A stretch of 64,000 bases of DNA, taken from contig PAAR01000015.1 in assembly GCA_002699085.1 (NCBI GenBank), forward strand, positions 4,236 to 68,235. The letters run 5' to 3'. Shown here piece by piece: positions 31,654-42,193 of the stretch. Made by a program: the position numbers and the translations under genes. A model generated the notes under the pieces. It was not told the origin of the DNA, made no database searches, and saw only the letters and a list, made by a program, of their open reading frames with translations. Every line of letters begins with the position of its first letter. Position 1 is the stretch's first letter. This stretch comes from Micavibrio sp. (GTDB taxonomy: Bacteria > Pseudomonadota > Alphaproteobacteria > Micavibrionales > UBA9664).

Positions 31654-33309
31654 TTACTGCGCGCAAACGTCATCACCATCCAGCTTAACTTGCGCTAACG
31701 ATAATGCCCAGAAAGCTGGATTAACAGCGCCTAATGCCATTGTCCCTAGTTTTTTTAATGCGCTTGTTTTATTCACATTCACTCTCAAATCAGCGATTGG
31801 CCCACTGACATTCATATCCGTGGCAATTGACCCAATGGTAATGCCTTTTGGTTTTGGCTTTAGGATGATCTCCATATGGTCTTTAGGCCAATTATATGTA
31901 CCAACACCGCCTAAAGTTAAGCGTTTCACATCAAGCAATAATGGCTTAAACGTCATAACACCCTCTGCCACATCACCTTTTACGATTGCACAATTCAATT
32001 TTGAGACCGTGCCGCCCTCTTTTTCAAAACTCGGCAAAAAGCTATTGAGTAGACCACCACCCCATAGATTCAACAATGTCGCATCAAACTGCCCATTTTC
32101 TGCCCTCAGATTCACAGAGCCTGTGGCGGTTTGTTTGAAGTGATCGAAATCACCACCCTTAGCCTTTAAGTTTACATCAAGTTTAGCCTTACCATCTGGC
32201 CGCGCTTCTATCTTTTGGCTTTTAGAAGATGCCCGCATCAATAAATCATAATTAAAGCCAGGCCATTTAGCGATCAGCTTAGAATTCTGTGTTGCCTCAG
32301 CACCCATTATGAAATCAATAGTTAATGGAGCATCTGCTACATAAACATCCTCTGATTTTACCTCCAAAATACCGTCTTTTCGCTTCACAAAGGCTCTAAA
32401 ACGACCAATATCGGTACCCTTCATAATGAGTTCATCAACATCTACCTTAATATAAATGGGTGTTGTTTTACTTGTTCTTGTTTGTTTAAATAGGGCTGAG
32501 ATTGTATCTGATAACTGTAAAGCCGTCTTTTGCACTAATGCAATATCTGAAAAAGAAATAGAATCTGTCTCAATCTTGGCTTGATAATTACGATTACGTT
32601 CACGGAACTTAACTTCTATTTCGTGCTGGCTCGGCAAAAATATATTTACAGTTGCCGCACGTCGACGCCGTGACACTTCCCCTCTAATATCTTGGTCCTC
32701 AGCACCCTTAACTACAAAACTTTGTAAATCCGTGAAACCATCCCCAAAAACACCATTGATGACCATTTTACCGAGGGTAATTTTAACCTCTTCACCCTTT
32801 GATAATTCTATTGCCTTAGCGCCATCTTGTTTCTTTGACACTTTCACCGGTACAGTACCAATACGCCCAACAATCAGAAAAGTCTTGCCTGTTTTGCTCA
32901 AACCCATTGTGTCAATAACCATAGGTTGGGTAATCACACTAGTATCAAGGGTAACATTTGTCGCCTCTAGTGTCGTAAATTTTTTCTTACCAATAAGTAA
33001 ATCCCATGGATTAAACGCTACGGTTGCTTCTGGTACTTTCCAATGTGTTTTCTTTTTATTGTCAGGACGTGGCTCATAGACTTCCCAATCTTTGGCATTT
33101 AACGTGACCTTAGCAGGCGCAATTGACACATGCAGTTCACCCAAACTTTTCATCTGCTTCTGAAAAACAACAGACAAGGCAGCATTTTGGAAACCTCGTT
33201 CATTCTTAAAGAGATAAATACTTATAGTCACTGCGCACAGCAAAGCTATAGAGACGGTGACTACCGTTATAATTATCCATTTTATATATTTCTTTATTCT
33301 TTGTTTCAT
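31654..33309 (-). CDS. AsmA-family protein
   Basis: N-terminal TM anchor; beta-rich body; C-terminal KLNCAIVKGDVAEG...LGGVGTYNW typical of AsmA C-termini. Confidence 0.65.
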   Translation of the reverse strand: MKQRIKKYIKWIIITVVTVSIALLCAVTISIYLFKNERGFQNAALSVVFQKQMKSLGELHVSIAPAKVTLNAKDWEVYEPRPDNKKKTHWKVPEATVAFNPWDLLIGKKKFTTLEATNVTLDTSVITQPMVIDTMGLSKTGKTFLIVGRIGTVPVKVSKKQDGAKAIELSKGEEVKITLGKMVINGVFGDGFTDLQSFVVKGAEDQDIRGEVSRRRRAATVNIFLPSQHEIEVKFRERNRNYQAKIETDSISFSDIALVQKTALQLSDTISALFKQTRTSKTTPIYIKVDVDELIMKGTDIGRFRAFVKRKDGILEVKSEDVYVADAPLTIDFIMGAEATQNSKLIAKWPGFNYDLLMRASSKSQKIEARPDGKAKLDVNLKAKGGDFDHFKQTATGSVNLRAENGQFDATLLNLWGGGLLNSFLPSFEKEGGTVSKLNCAIVKGDVAEGVMTFKPLLLDVKRLTLGGVGTYNWPKDHMEIILKPKPKGITIGSIATDMNVSGPIADLRVNVNKTSALKKLGTMALGAVNPAFWALSLAQVKLDGDDVCAQ

Positions 33310-33352
33310 GTCCGCACTATACCTATATTATACAAGTTTAAAAGGCAGGTAA

Positions 33353-34693
33353 TTAAACAAGCTGCCATTCTAGTATGACTTTCAACCCATGAGGTCGGTT
33401 GTCTTCTAGTGATATAGATATATCGTGCTGATCGACCACCCACTTTACGATAGACAGTCCCAAACCACTCCCTGTCTGTCCTGTCTTATCGGCACGAACG
33501 AAACGTTCAAAAACTCTTTTTTTATCACGATCAGAAAGACCCTGACCTGTATCATTAATTTCCATACGGCCTTTGCTCGTTAATATAACTTCAACAGAGC
33601 CATTTTGATTTGTGTATTTAAGCGCATTATCCAATATATTTTTTATTAAAATGGTGACCGCCATATCATTAGCAAAGATCCAAACATCTGACGCAATGCT
33701 TTTCGTTAATGTAATGTCCTTGTTTTTAGCTATTATCTGATACTCTTGGAGGCAATCATCAAGACAAACCGAAAGATTGAATGTTTCCTTTTGAATGTCA
33801 CCGCTTTGTAGACGAGCCAGTGACAATAGCTGCTCTACCAAATGCGTTGTACGGTCAATAGAATCTTGTAAATTCTCTAGCCCCTCAATATAGCTCTTAT
33901 CTTTAATATGAGCCGATTTTTTCATCAATACTTGTGTTTGTGTTTTCATTGCAGCTAGGGGTGTACGCAATTCATGGGCGGCATGATCGGTGAATTCTCG
34001 TTCGCGTTTAAAACTTTCGTTCAAACGGGTAAATAAATTATTCATTGCTACCACCAGTGGCGCAATTTCCTTTGGTAATGACTGGCTGCGTATAGGCGAT
34101 AAATCACCGCTATTACGCTGATCAACATCCGCTGATATTTTAATCATAGGCTTTAATGTTTTACGGACACCTACCCCCACAATGAATAGAATTGCAGGTA
34201 TAAAAAAGATGCCCGGCACAATCAATGCGCCCATTAACTGTATAATAAGCTCATAACGAGCATCATAACGCTCTGAGATTTCTATTCTCATTTTATGTTG
34301 GGCATTCTCTAATACAAACACTTGCCATTTCTGGCCATTAATACGCTGAGATGAAAAGCCAAGCGGTGCTGTCATATCCTTAAAATCTTTTGCACTTGAT
34401 GAAAAACTGACAAGTTGACCATTATTCCAAATACGAAAACCTAATTTTGCCTCATATTCATGCTGAATACGCTCATCATCCATTTCAAAATGAGGAGCAC
34501 CTTCTTCGATTAGCTCTTCTTTAGTTAACTGCATAAGAACTTTGGCTGAATGCACCATCTGCGCATTATAAATTTCATCAATTTCTTGCCATGAATAAAA
34601 ATAGCCAATAAGCAATGTAATCACACTCGCAAGCAATAAAGGAAGACTGATCCACAGTATAAGGCGGCGTCTTAATGAATAATCCATTTTCAT
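33353..34693 (-). CDS. Sensor histidine kinase, QseC/PmrB-like
   Basis: Two TM helices; HAMP; FTDHAAHELRTPL; NALKYT; GSGLGL. Confidence 0.9.
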   Translation of the reverse strand: MKMDYSLRRRLILWISLPLLLASVITLLIGYFYSWQEIDEIYNAQMVHSAKVLMQLTKEELIEEGAPHFEMDDERIQHEYEAKLGFRIWNNGQLVSFSSSAKDFKDMTAPLGFSSQRINGQKWQVFVLENAQHKMRIEISERYDARYELIIQLMGALIVPGIFFIPAILFIVGVGVRKTLKPMIKISADVDQRNSGDLSPIRSQSLPKEIAPLVVAMNNLFTRLNESFKREREFTDHAAHELRTPLAAMKTQTQVLMKKSAHIKDKSYIEGLENLQDSIDRTTHLVEQLLSLARLQSGDIQKETFNLSVCLDDCLQEYQIIAKNKDITLTKSIASDVWIFANDMAVTILIKNILDNALKYTNQNGSVEVILTSKGRMEINDTGQGLSDRDKKRVFERFVRADKTGQTGSGLGLSIVKWVVDQHDISISLEDNRPHGLKVILEWQLV

Positions 34694-35346
34694 TTCACCA
34701 CCATATAACCAACACCACGTATTGTCTTGATAAAATCAGCGCCCAATTTTCGTCTAAGCGACGAAATATAAACTTCAATCGTATTGCTTTCTATATCCTC
34801 AGAAGACCAATCATAGATATTCTGCATAATCCTTTCTTTACTAACCGCTCGATCAATATTGCGAATTAAACAATCAAAAACAGCCCGCTCTCTTGCCGTC
34901 AAAATAATACCAGCATCGCCTTTTTGTAGGTGTCCCGTTGAGGTCTCATAAATAATATCTCTATGCGTGATGGTAGGATTACTATAGCCATGACTACGTC
35001 TTAACAAAGCGGTACAGCGCGCCAATAACTCGTCTAAATCAAATGGTTTGACCAAATAATCATCAGCGCCCTTATTTAGTCCTTCAACTCGGTGATAGAC
35101 AGCGTCTCTTGCTGTTAATAAAAGCACCGCTATCTCTTTTTTATTTTGACGTAGATTTTCTAAGAATTCTAAACCCGATTTTCCAGGCAAGCCTACATCA
35201 AGAACAATCATACTATAATCAGTAACAGCGATTGCCTCTTCAGCCTCTTCAGCACTCATCACCCAATCAACAGCAAATTGGTCTCTTAAACCTTGTGCAG
35301 TAGCTGTGCCTAAGTTTTTATCATCTTCGACCAGTAATAATCTCAT
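34690..35346 (-). CDS. OmpR-family response regulator, QseB/PmrA-like
   Basis: MRLLLVEDD; LDVGLP; GADDYLVKPF; IKTIRGVGY. Confidence 0.92.
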   Translation of the reverse strand: MRLLLVEDDKNLGTATAQGLRDQFAVDWVMSAEEAEEAIAVTDYSMIVLDVGLPGKSGLEFLENLRQNKKEIAVLLLTARDAVYHRVEGLNKGADDYLVKPFDLDELLARCTALLRRSHGYSNPTITHRDIIYETSTGHLQKGDAGIILTARERAVFDCLIRNIDRAVSKERIMQNIYDWSSEDIESNTIEVYISSLRRKLGADFIKTIRGVGYMVVK

Positions 35347-35382
35347 AGCAACAACCTTAGCACAGATTATTTTTTATCATTA

Positions 35383-36756
35383 TCATTTTGTAATGATTGC
35401 CAAATCCTTTGATCTGTAAGGTATAGATAAATGAACCCGATATCCATCCAGCATTTCAAGCGCCGCATAACGCATAATAATATAGCCATTAGGATGTTCA
35501 TCGAGCCACACCGAAACTTTATTATACTCTATCACATCAATATGTTTTTCAATACGTCCTAGAAAACCAAACTCACCTTGATACTTATTAATATACGCAT
35601 AATCAGCATCTTTATGGCTCTGATAAAAATCAATAATAGGATTTAGATCGTAATTTTTAAAGATTGTTTGACTAGCGACACCCTGACCAACAATAACAAC
35701 TAAAATCATAGTTAAACTGGTCATCAAGATTTTTTTTGCGTTGCCTGTATAGATAAATTGCCCGATAAAAATCAATAGAAATGGCATTAAAGGCACTAGA
35801 TAATGTGGTTGCTTACCTGAAATAAAACTAAAGCAAATAAACGCTGGAACCACACAAGAAAGTAAAAATCTTGATGGAGGCGTTAACACGGATGTTTTCA
35901 AAACACCTTTCCAAAAACTTGGAAAAAAGAGCCATGGTAATGAAAATGCCGGTAAAAACATCAAGTAAAAATAAATAGGACGGGCATGTGAGGATGAAAA
36001 ATTGCCCTCAATGCGTCCCACTGTTTGTTCCCATAACAACCAATATAAGAAATGCCCATCAGCTTCTTGTATTAAAGGGATTAACCATAAGCTTACCACG
36101 ACAAGTCCAACAGCTAGTATAACGCCCAGTGCTTTGAAATATTGTGTCTTGGTCAACACTAAAGTTTCTATTTTCCAAAACGGCTGCAAGAGAATAGGTA
36201 TAAAAACATACAGCAACAAAACAGGCCCCTTCGTCAGCACACCTAAACCCACACATAATCCACACAAAATAATCGGCCAGATTTTAGTGGGGGTTTGGCA
36301 ATACCGTAGAAATAAATATAAAGCGCCCAAAACAAAAGCAGCGACGATTGTGTCAAACATCATCAATGTGCTGTAAACTATGAATGAAACAGCCCCTAAT
36401 ACCATCCAAGGCATAATCTTAGCAAAGTCTTTGCGTGCGGGATAAAGCAATGCGGTGAGCTTCTCAGTGAGCACTAAAACTGCAGCTGCGCCGATAAAAA
36501 TAGGAATCATTGCAGCCCAACGACTAACTCCGAAAACATGCCAGACAGCATTGATAGCCCAAAACAATAAAGGCGGTTTATGATGGTAAGGCTCAAAATT
36601 AAGACTAAGCATTGCTATTGTTTTACGGAAAAACATCTCCCACGCCACAGTTAAATAGCGTGTTTCATCGATAGGCAATACAGGCCTAAAAATATACGCC
36701 GCCACAAATAATGCTAACAATATAAAAAGGTATGAAAATCGATTATTCTTGGTCAT
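35383..36756 (-). CDS. ArnT/PMT-like polyprenyl-phosphate sugar glycosyltransferase (probable lipid A modification)
   Basis: DETRY; HKPPLLFW; LTKGP; HARPIYFY; GKQPHY. Confidence 0.88.
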   Translation of the reverse strand: MTKNNRFSYLFILLALFVAAYIFRPVLPIDETRYLTVAWEMFFRKTIAMLSLNFEPYHHKPPLLFWAINAVWHVFGVSRWAAMIPIFIGAAAVLVLTEKLTALLYPARKDFAKIMPWMVLGAVSFIVYSTLMMFDTIVAAFVLGALYLFLRYCQTPTKIWPIILCGLCVGLGVLTKGPVLLLYVFIPILLQPFWKIETLVLTKTQYFKALGVILAVGLVVVSLWLIPLIQEADGHFLYWLLWEQTVGRIEGNFSSSHARPIYFYLMFLPAFSLPWLFFPSFWKGVLKTSVLTPPSRFLLSCVVPAFICFSFISGKQPHYLVPLMPFLLIFIGQFIYTGNAKKILMTSLTMILVVIVGQGVASQTIFKNYDLNPIIDFYQSHKDADYAYINKYQGEFGFLGRIEKHIDVIEYNKVSVWLDEHPNGYIIMRYAALEMLDGYRVHLSIPYRSKDLAIITK

Positions 36757-37015
36757 TTTTTGATTTCTTTAGGAAATAAATATTACGGCAATATACAAAA
36801 AGGCCGATGCTTTGGCCCAAAATAAAGACAGGGTCTTGTCTATGAATAGAATACGTCAAAAGCACAATACCGCCGGCAAGACTAAAATACCAAAAAATAT
36901 CTGGCATCACGCTTTTTTTTGCCTTTTCTGATGCCAACCACTGCACGACAAAGCGCATAAAAAACAAAGACTGGCCAACCAAACCAATAACCAGCCATAC
37001 GGTACTGATATTCAT
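36743..37015 (-). CDS. Lipid A biosynthesis N-terminal domain (LAB_N) membrane protein
   Basis: GQSLFFMRFVVQWLASE...FWYFSLAGG...DPVFILGQ. Confidence 0.88.
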   Translation of the reverse strand: MNISTVWLVIGLVGQSLFFMRFVVQWLASEKAKKSVMPDIFWYFSLAGGIVLLTYSIHRQDPVFILGQSIGLFVYCRNIYFLKKSKNDQE

Positions 37016-37039
37016 ACATCTACTCCAATGTGATTGAAA

Positions 37040-37765
37040 TTATAATTGCTCTTGTGTTGTGAAACCTTTAGGAAGCCCTCTATTAAGCAACCATTTTACA
37101 CCGATTAGATCAACAATACCAACCCATACGCGATTCCAAAAACCATATTTTGATTTTCCAGCAACACGTGCTCTATGCGATACATCCACCTCTACAACAT
37201 GCACATGGTCTCGGATCAACAAAGCTGGTAAAAAGCGGTGCATATGGTTGAAATAGGGTAACCGTAAATAATCCTCACGTCTAATAAGTTTTAAAGAACA
37301 ACCTGTGTCTGAAATATGATCTTTTAAAAACCATGATCTAATACCATTAGCCCATCGAGAAGAAAGTTTCCTCATCATTGTATCTTGCCGCTTGTGACGA
37401 CGCCCAACCACCATCACTTTTGGGTAGCTTTTACTACTCTGCTGATACTCTTCATATAATTGTATGATATCTTGCGGATCATTCTGGCGGTCACCATCCA
37501 TTAAGACCACAACACTGTTGCCAGCCGCACGCACACCGCTCATAAAAGCAGCTGACTGTCCTGCCCTAATAGGGTGTCTCACAACACGCAGCGCAGGAAC
37601 AGTTTTCTGCATCTCTTTCAAAATAGAAGCTGTCTTATCGGTGCTCGCATCGTCAATATAGATAATTTCACTAATCGGTGTATGCGCCGCTACAGCCACC
37701 AATTCTTCAATAAGTGGTTGGATATTTTCTTCTTCATTGAAGACTGGGATTACAATTGAAATCAT
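37040..37765 (-). CDS. GT2 polyprenyl-phosphate glycosyltransferase (ArnC/DPM1-like)
   Basis: ISIVIPVFNEEEN; DDASTD; MDGDRQNDP; DTGCSLK; HRFLPAL; ATG 37765 with GAGG. Confidence 0.9.
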   Translation of the reverse strand: MISIVIPVFNEEENIQPLIEELVAVAAHTPISEIIYIDDASTDKTASILKEMQKTVPALRVVRHPIRAGQSAAFMSGVRAAGNSVVVLMDGDRQNDPQDIIQLYEEYQQSSKSYPKVMVVGRRHKRQDTMMRKLSSRWANGIRSWFLKDHISDTGCSLKLIRREDYLRLPYFNHMHRFLPALLIRDHVHVVEVDVSHRARVAGKSKYGFWNRVWVGIVDLIGVKWLLNRGLPKGFTTQEQL

Positions 37766-37802
37766 TATTTTTACCTCTATGACGTCATTGTCTATTACCA
37801 AG

Positions 37803-37819
37803 CTGAAGCGAAACTGAAT
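37803..37819 (-). promoter_or_regulatory. Direct repeat, candidate OmpR-family (PmrA/QseB-type) binding site
   Basis: CTGAAG-cgaaa-CTGAAT with 11-bp period, about 40 nt upstream of the GT2 start. Confidence 0.45.
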
Positions 37820-37887
37820 ATAACAAAAAAACTTGATTATTTTTTCTGCGACCTCATCTTATTAAGGAGATAACAGAGGAAAAAATA

Positions 37888-38442
37888 ATGGCATTACTTG
37901 AAACACCGCATGTAAAAACAGATCAACCAGCGCCAGATTTCACTCTTAAAAATATTGATGACAAACAGATAAGTCTCACTGATGTTAAAGGTAAGAACGG
38001 TACGGTTATTGCCTTTATCTGCAATCATTGTCCTTATGTCTTAGGCATGATTGACCGTTTCGTAGAAACCGCTAACAAGCTATCAAAGCAAGGTATTAAT
38101 ACCGTTGCTATCATGCCCAATGATACAAAAAGCTATCCCGCCGATTCCTATGATAAAATGCAGGCCTTTGCAAAAGAACATGCTTTTACCTTTCCTTATC
38201 TTATTGATGAAACCCAAGAGGTTGCCAAAGCCTATAGCGCAGTCTGCACACCTGATATTTTTGGTTTAGATAAAGATCTCAATATCCAATATAGAGGACG
38301 TCTCGACAGTGCAGGCCGTAATAAACGTGATGAAAACACCGTTAATGAGCTGCTTGAAGCCATGCAAGATATTGCTAAAAACGGCTCAACGGACGCCCAA
38401 CAATTTCCCTCTATGGGCTGCTCAATTAAATGGAAAGAATAG
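37888..38442 (+). CDS. Thioredoxin-like AhpC/TSA family protein
   Basis: FICNHCPYV; AVCTPD; YRGRLD; PSMGCSIKWK. Confidence 0.9.
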   Translation: MALLETPHVKTDQPAPDFTLKNIDDKQISLTDVKGKNGTVIAFICNHCPYVLGMIDRFVETANKLSKQGINTVAIMPNDTKSYPADSYDKMQAFAKEHAFTFPYLIDETQEVAKAYSAVCTPDIFGLDKDLNIQYRGRLDSAGRNKRDENTVNELLEAMQDIAKNGSTDAQQFPSMGCSIKWKE

Positions 38443-38446
38443 CTAT

Positions 38447-38475
38447 AAAAAAGCAAGCAGGCCCGAAAGCCCGCT
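38447..38475 (-). terminator. Intrinsic terminator on minus strand
   Basis: Minus strand AGCGGGC-tttcgg-GCCTGCT then TGCTTTTTT. Confidence 0.55.
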
Positions 38476-38606
38476 ATGAGAGTTTAAAACTAAACAACTT
38501 ATTATTATAATTTTTATTATTCTTGCTCAGTCAAAATTGACTATAATTTTATTTCTCGTTTTTGTAAGTATGTTACCGTTTGTAACGGTGATATATGTAA
38601 CCCTAA

Positions 38607-39128
38607 TCACCAAATATCCATGATAAAAAGGCGTAAGCTAAAAAATGCGACACAGATTAACAAAACAAAACTACACCCTGCCAGAAAGGCAATTTTGTGC
38701 TGTTTAATCACGGACAAAACATGCGGTGTTTGAACCCCATGACTTATAGGCAATGGCTTTATAGGTGTTTCTTTAGCGGCTTTATTATAGGAAAAAACCA
38801 CGCGATAGCTGCCTTTAGGCATTTCAATAAGCACAGGATCTTTTGCGCCTGCACTTAAATAATAAAGCCTTAAAGCTTTCCGCAAACGAGAGGCTTCTAC
38901 TCTTACAGAAGCATCCGTATCTGGATTAAAATCGGTTGGTTTATTAAAAACATCAATACCTAAAGAATACCCTTTAATATCATCCTGCTCACCCTTTAAG
39001 GTCTTTTTCACTACATAGGATATAAAACCCGACATACGTGCCGACCCTTTAAGCTCAGCACTATTTAATAATCGCTTGAGCTGGATTCTAATTTCATTAT
39101 CGCTAGGTATATAGGGATCACTATACAT
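38607..39128 (-). CDS. Membrane-anchored protein with N-terminal winged-helix-like domain
   Basis: IKGYSLGIDVF...FNPDTDASVRVEASRLRKALRLYY...IEMPKGSY, seen at the N-terminus of larger alphaproteobacterial TolB/TPR-type proteins; single C-terminal TM helix. Confidence 0.7.
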   Translation of the reverse strand: MYSDPYIPSDNEIRIQLKRLLNSAELKGSARMSGFISYVVKKTLKGEQDDIKGYSLGIDVFNKPTDFNPDTDASVRVEASRLRKALRLYYLSAGAKDPVLIEMPKGSYRVVFSYNKAAKETPIKPLPISHGVQTPHVLSVIKQHKIAFLAGCSFVLLICVAFFSLRLFIMDIW

Positions 39129-39302
39129 ATATTCATCCTAAGCTGTGCGCACCCACCACTTAACGAAGACTTTATCTGTATTTTTATTGAAACATCTATT
39201 TAAAGCGATAGATTTACGCTAACAGTTTTATGTCCTAACAAACGAGATCATACGCCAAAAAATATTTCTTGGCAATTAAGGAAATAAACCAATGAAATTG
39301 TA

Positions 39303-39632
39303 CTATCCTTTTTTAACAAACATGGATTTAAGCGCCATAGCGCCAAAGCCTGGGATCTTGCAATCAATATCATGGTCACCGTCAACAAGGCGGATATTTT
39401 TTACTTTCGTACCAACTTTTAAGACTTGAGAAGAGCCTTTTAGCTTTAGATCTTTAATAACAGTAACCGTATCGCCGTCATGTAAATCTTGGCCATTCGC
39501 ATCTTTAATTGTTTTTTGTGTTACTATCGTATCCGCGGCAGACCAGACATTGCCACATTCAGGGCAATTATACATGGCATCAACTTCATAAGTATATGCA
39601 GAGTCACAGCTTGGACAGGCAGGTAAAGTCAT
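39303..39632 (-). CDS. phnA: PhnA/YjdM zinc-ribbon protein
   Basis: [10 protein letters not shown]...CPEC; [15 protein letters not shown]; [10 protein letters not shown]; start ATG 39632. Confidence 0.9.
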   Translation of the reverse strand: MTLPACPSCDSAYTYEVDAMYNCPECGNVWSAADTIVTQKTIKDANGQDLHDGDTVTVIKDLKLKGSSQVLKVGTKVKNIRLVDGDHDIDCKIPGFGAMALKSMFVKKG

Positions 39633-39662
39633 GGCAAAGTCCTTATGTTTTGAAAGAGAAAA

Positions 39663-39737
39663 TGGTGCCGGATGCAAGATTCGAACTCGCGACCTTTCGA
39701 TTACAAATCGACTGCACTACCACTGTGCTAATCCGGC
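39663..39737 (-). tRNA. tRNA-Thr(UGU)
   Basis: GCCGGAT acceptor stem; anticodon loop TT-TGT-AA; GTTCGAATC T-arm; encoded CCA. Confidence 0.96.
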
Positions 39738-39771
39738 CTCATAAAGTGAGAAACCTTTTATATAAATTTCT

Positions 39772-41112
39772 TTACCGCTCGGCAAGCTTTTTCTCGAGCC
39801 AATGAATATTATATTCACCTGAAATAAATTCAGGCTCCTGAATGATCCAATGATGTAGTGGTAAGGTGGTTTCAATACCCTCGATCACTGTCTCTTCAAT
39901 TGCCCGTTTTAGACGACGAATACATTCTTCACGATTACGACCATGGACAATCAATTTACCGACCATAGAATCATAATGAGGCGGGATAGAATATCCTTCA
40001 TAAATAGCACTATCCATACGCACACCTAGACCACCTGGTGCATGATAACGAGTGATTTTACCTGGTGATGGCATAAAAGTTTCTGGATTTTCCGCATTAA
40101 TACGTACTTCAATCGCATGGCCACGAAAACGGATACGATCCTTATTAAGCGTTAATGTTTCACCTGCGGCGACACGAATTTGCTCAGCGATCAAATCAAT
40201 CCCCGTAATCATCTCTGTTACAGGATGTTCAACCTGAATACGCGTATTCATTTCCATGAAATAAAACTTACCTTTTTCATACAAAAATTCGATCGTTCCA
40301 GCGCCAACATAGCCCATTTTACGCACTGTATCCGCTGCTAAAGAGCCAATAAAATCACGTTCTTCTGGTTTTAAAACAGGCGACGGGCCCTCTTCAATAA
40401 CCTTTTGATGGCGACGTTGAATAGAACAATCACGCTCGCCTAAATGAATACCATTGCCATGCTTATCACCGAAAACCTGAATCTCAATATGACGAGGCGT
40501 TGTTAGGTATTTCTCCATGTAAACACGGTCATCACCAAAATTGGCCGCAGCCTCACGACGTGCTGTACGATATGCCTCTTCAAGATTTGCTTCTTCATGG
40601 ACAACCTTCATACCTCGTCCACCGCCGCCTGAAACAGCTTTGATGATAATCGGATACTCAATCTCATCAGCTGTAGCTTTAGCCTCATCATAGCTTTCTA
40701 AAACACCATCAGACCCTGGTACAACAGGCACACCGAGTTTAATCATGGTTTCTTTAGCCACCGCCTTATCACCCATCATATCAATGTGCTCAGCCTTAGG
40801 ACCGATCATTGTAAAGCCATGCTCTTCAACCATACGCACAAATTGAGCATTTTCTGATAAGAACCCATAACCTGGGTGGATTGCGTCCGCCCCTGTTACC
40901 GCTGCCGCCGAAATAATGGATGGGATATTTAAATAGCTGTCTTTTGCTGGACCAGGGCCGATACAGACAGACTCATCGGCCAAACGTACTGCCATCGAAT
41001 TCGCATCAGCGGTTGAATGCACAACAACAGATTTGATACCCAATTCACGGCAGGCTCTGTGAATACGTAAGGCAATTTCGCCACGATTTGCGATAAGAAC
41101 TTTTTTGAACAT
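39772..41112 (-). CDS. accC: Acetyl-CoA carboxylase biotin carboxylase subunit
   Basis: LIANRGEIA; [10 protein letters not shown]; [12 protein letters not shown]; [14 protein letters not shown]. Confidence 0.97.
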   Translation of the reverse strand: MFKKVLIANRGEIALRIHRACRELGIKSVVVHSTADANSMAVRLADESVCIGPGPAKDSYLNIPSIISAAAVTGADAIHPGYGFLSENAQFVRMVEEHGFTMIGPKAEHIDMMGDKAVAKETMIKLGVPVVPGSDGVLESYDEAKATADEIEYPIIIKAVSGGGGRGMKVVHEEANLEEAYRTARREAAANFGDDRVYMEKYLTTPRHIEIQVFGDKHGNGIHLGERDCSIQRRHQKVIEEGPSPVLKPEERDFIGSLAADTVRKMGYVGAGTIEFLYEKGKFYFMEMNTRIQVEHPVTEMITGIDLIAEQIRVAAGETLTLNKDRIRFRGHAIEVRINAENPETFMPSPGKITRYHAPGGLGVRMDSAIYEGYSIPPHYDSMVGKLIVHGRNREECIRRLKRAIEETVIEGIETTLPLHHWIIQEPEFISGEYNIHWLEKKLAER

Positions 41113-41115
41113 TTT

Positions 41116-41565
41116 CTACTCTATAACCACTAATGGTTCGCCAAACTCAACAGGCTGGCCATCTTCAACAAGAATATGCGCCACCGTTCCCGCTTTTTCA
41201 GCTTTAATTGGATTCATTACTTTCATCGCCTCAATAATCATCAGCGTTTGTCCAACTTTCACAGATTTACCAACTTCGATAAAAGAAGGTGCATTTGGCT
41301 CAGGTTGCAAATAAGCCGTGCCTACCATTGGTGATTTCACCGCATTCGCATGCATATCTGTAGCAGGTGCGCCTGTATTCTGAACCGCTGCTGGTGCAGG
41401 TGCTGGAGCCGCCACAGGAGATGCTGCTGGAGCCGCCGCATAAGAAACAGAACCGCCTTTTGTTACACGGATCGCTTGATCGCCTTCAATAATTTCAATT
41501 TCTGTTAAACCCGTCTCATTGATAATTTCAGACAATTGACGAATTGCTTTTTCATTAACCTTCAT
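41116..41565 (-). CDS. accB: Biotin carboxyl carrier protein
   Basis: Ala/Pro linker; SPMVGT; EAMKVMN biotinylation motif. Confidence 0.96.
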   Translation of the reverse strand: MKVNEKAIRQLSEIINETGLTEIEIIEGDQAIRVTKGGSVSYAAAPAASPVAAPAPAPAAVQNTGAPATDMHANAVKSPMVGTAYLQPEPNAPSFIEVGKSVKVGQTLMIIEAMKVMNPIKAEKAGTVAHILVEDGQPVEFGEPLVVIE

Positions 41566-41653
41566 ATTAGCTCTCTTACCGTTATATTCATTTTTGTTAT
41601 TTTAAACGCGACCTTCTTTTTATTCATTTTTCAGCCAAAAGGCAAATCCTCTT

Positions 41654-42163
41654 TTAATGCATATGCTCATGCGTTGCCGTATCTGGGTTTTGAGGCTCGT
41701 TTATCTCTTTAGTTTCAGTATTTTTTGAAAGAGATTTTATCATTGCCTCCACTTCAACAGCGCCTGCTTTTTCAAAATTCAGGGTAATTGGGTAATGATG
41801 TTCGGCTACAAATGGCTCTTTCAAACCAAAGACCATTAAATGATAACTCATCGGACGAAATTCCACTGTGCTTTGGGCTGGTATCTCAACAAATGGTACT
41901 TGGCGCATCATCATCACACCATTGTCATCGGTGATATGTGTATGGATTTCCACACGTTCAGCCACATTCTCAGGCAACGCAGCGCTTACAAGGCTGTCCG
42001 CCTCATCACCTGTATTCTCAATAGTCAGAAAAAAACCGCCTGATGTCGCATTACCAATAGTTTCAAATCCATAGGCATTTGAAACAGCTATTGTTTGCGC
42101 CTGCACTATGACCGGAAAAGACAATAAAAAGGCAAAACATAGGCTGGCTAATAAACGATACAT
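41654..42163 (-). CDS. Copper chaperone PCu(A)C
   Basis: Signal peptide; EIHTH...MMMR...HLM metal-binding motif; His-rich tail. Confidence 0.88.
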   Translation of the reverse strand: MYRLLASLCFAFLLSFPVIVQAQTIAVSNAYGFETIGNATSGGFFLTIENTGDEADSLVSAALPENVAERVEIHTHITDDNGVMMMRQVPFVEIPAQSTVEFRPMSYHLMVFGLKEPFVAEHHYPITLNFEKAGAVEVEAMIKSLSKNTETKEINEPQNPDTATHEHMH

Positions 42164-42193
42164 AGATATCTCCTTTAAAAAATTGATAATAAA

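Noticed and set aside
31613-32143. 176-aa plus-strand ORF and the many other 60-140 aa antisense or alternate-frame ORFs in the track
   Set aside because: They lie inside well-supported genes, lack SD or domain motifs, and read as antisense shadows
33353-39737. Possible genomic island integrated at tRNA-Thr
   Set aside because: No integrase and no duplicated tRNA 3' end (att site) spotted in the window
39509-39805. 98-aa plus-strand ORF and the 39677 start for phnA
   Set aside because: Both overlap tRNA-Thr and are reading-frame artefacts
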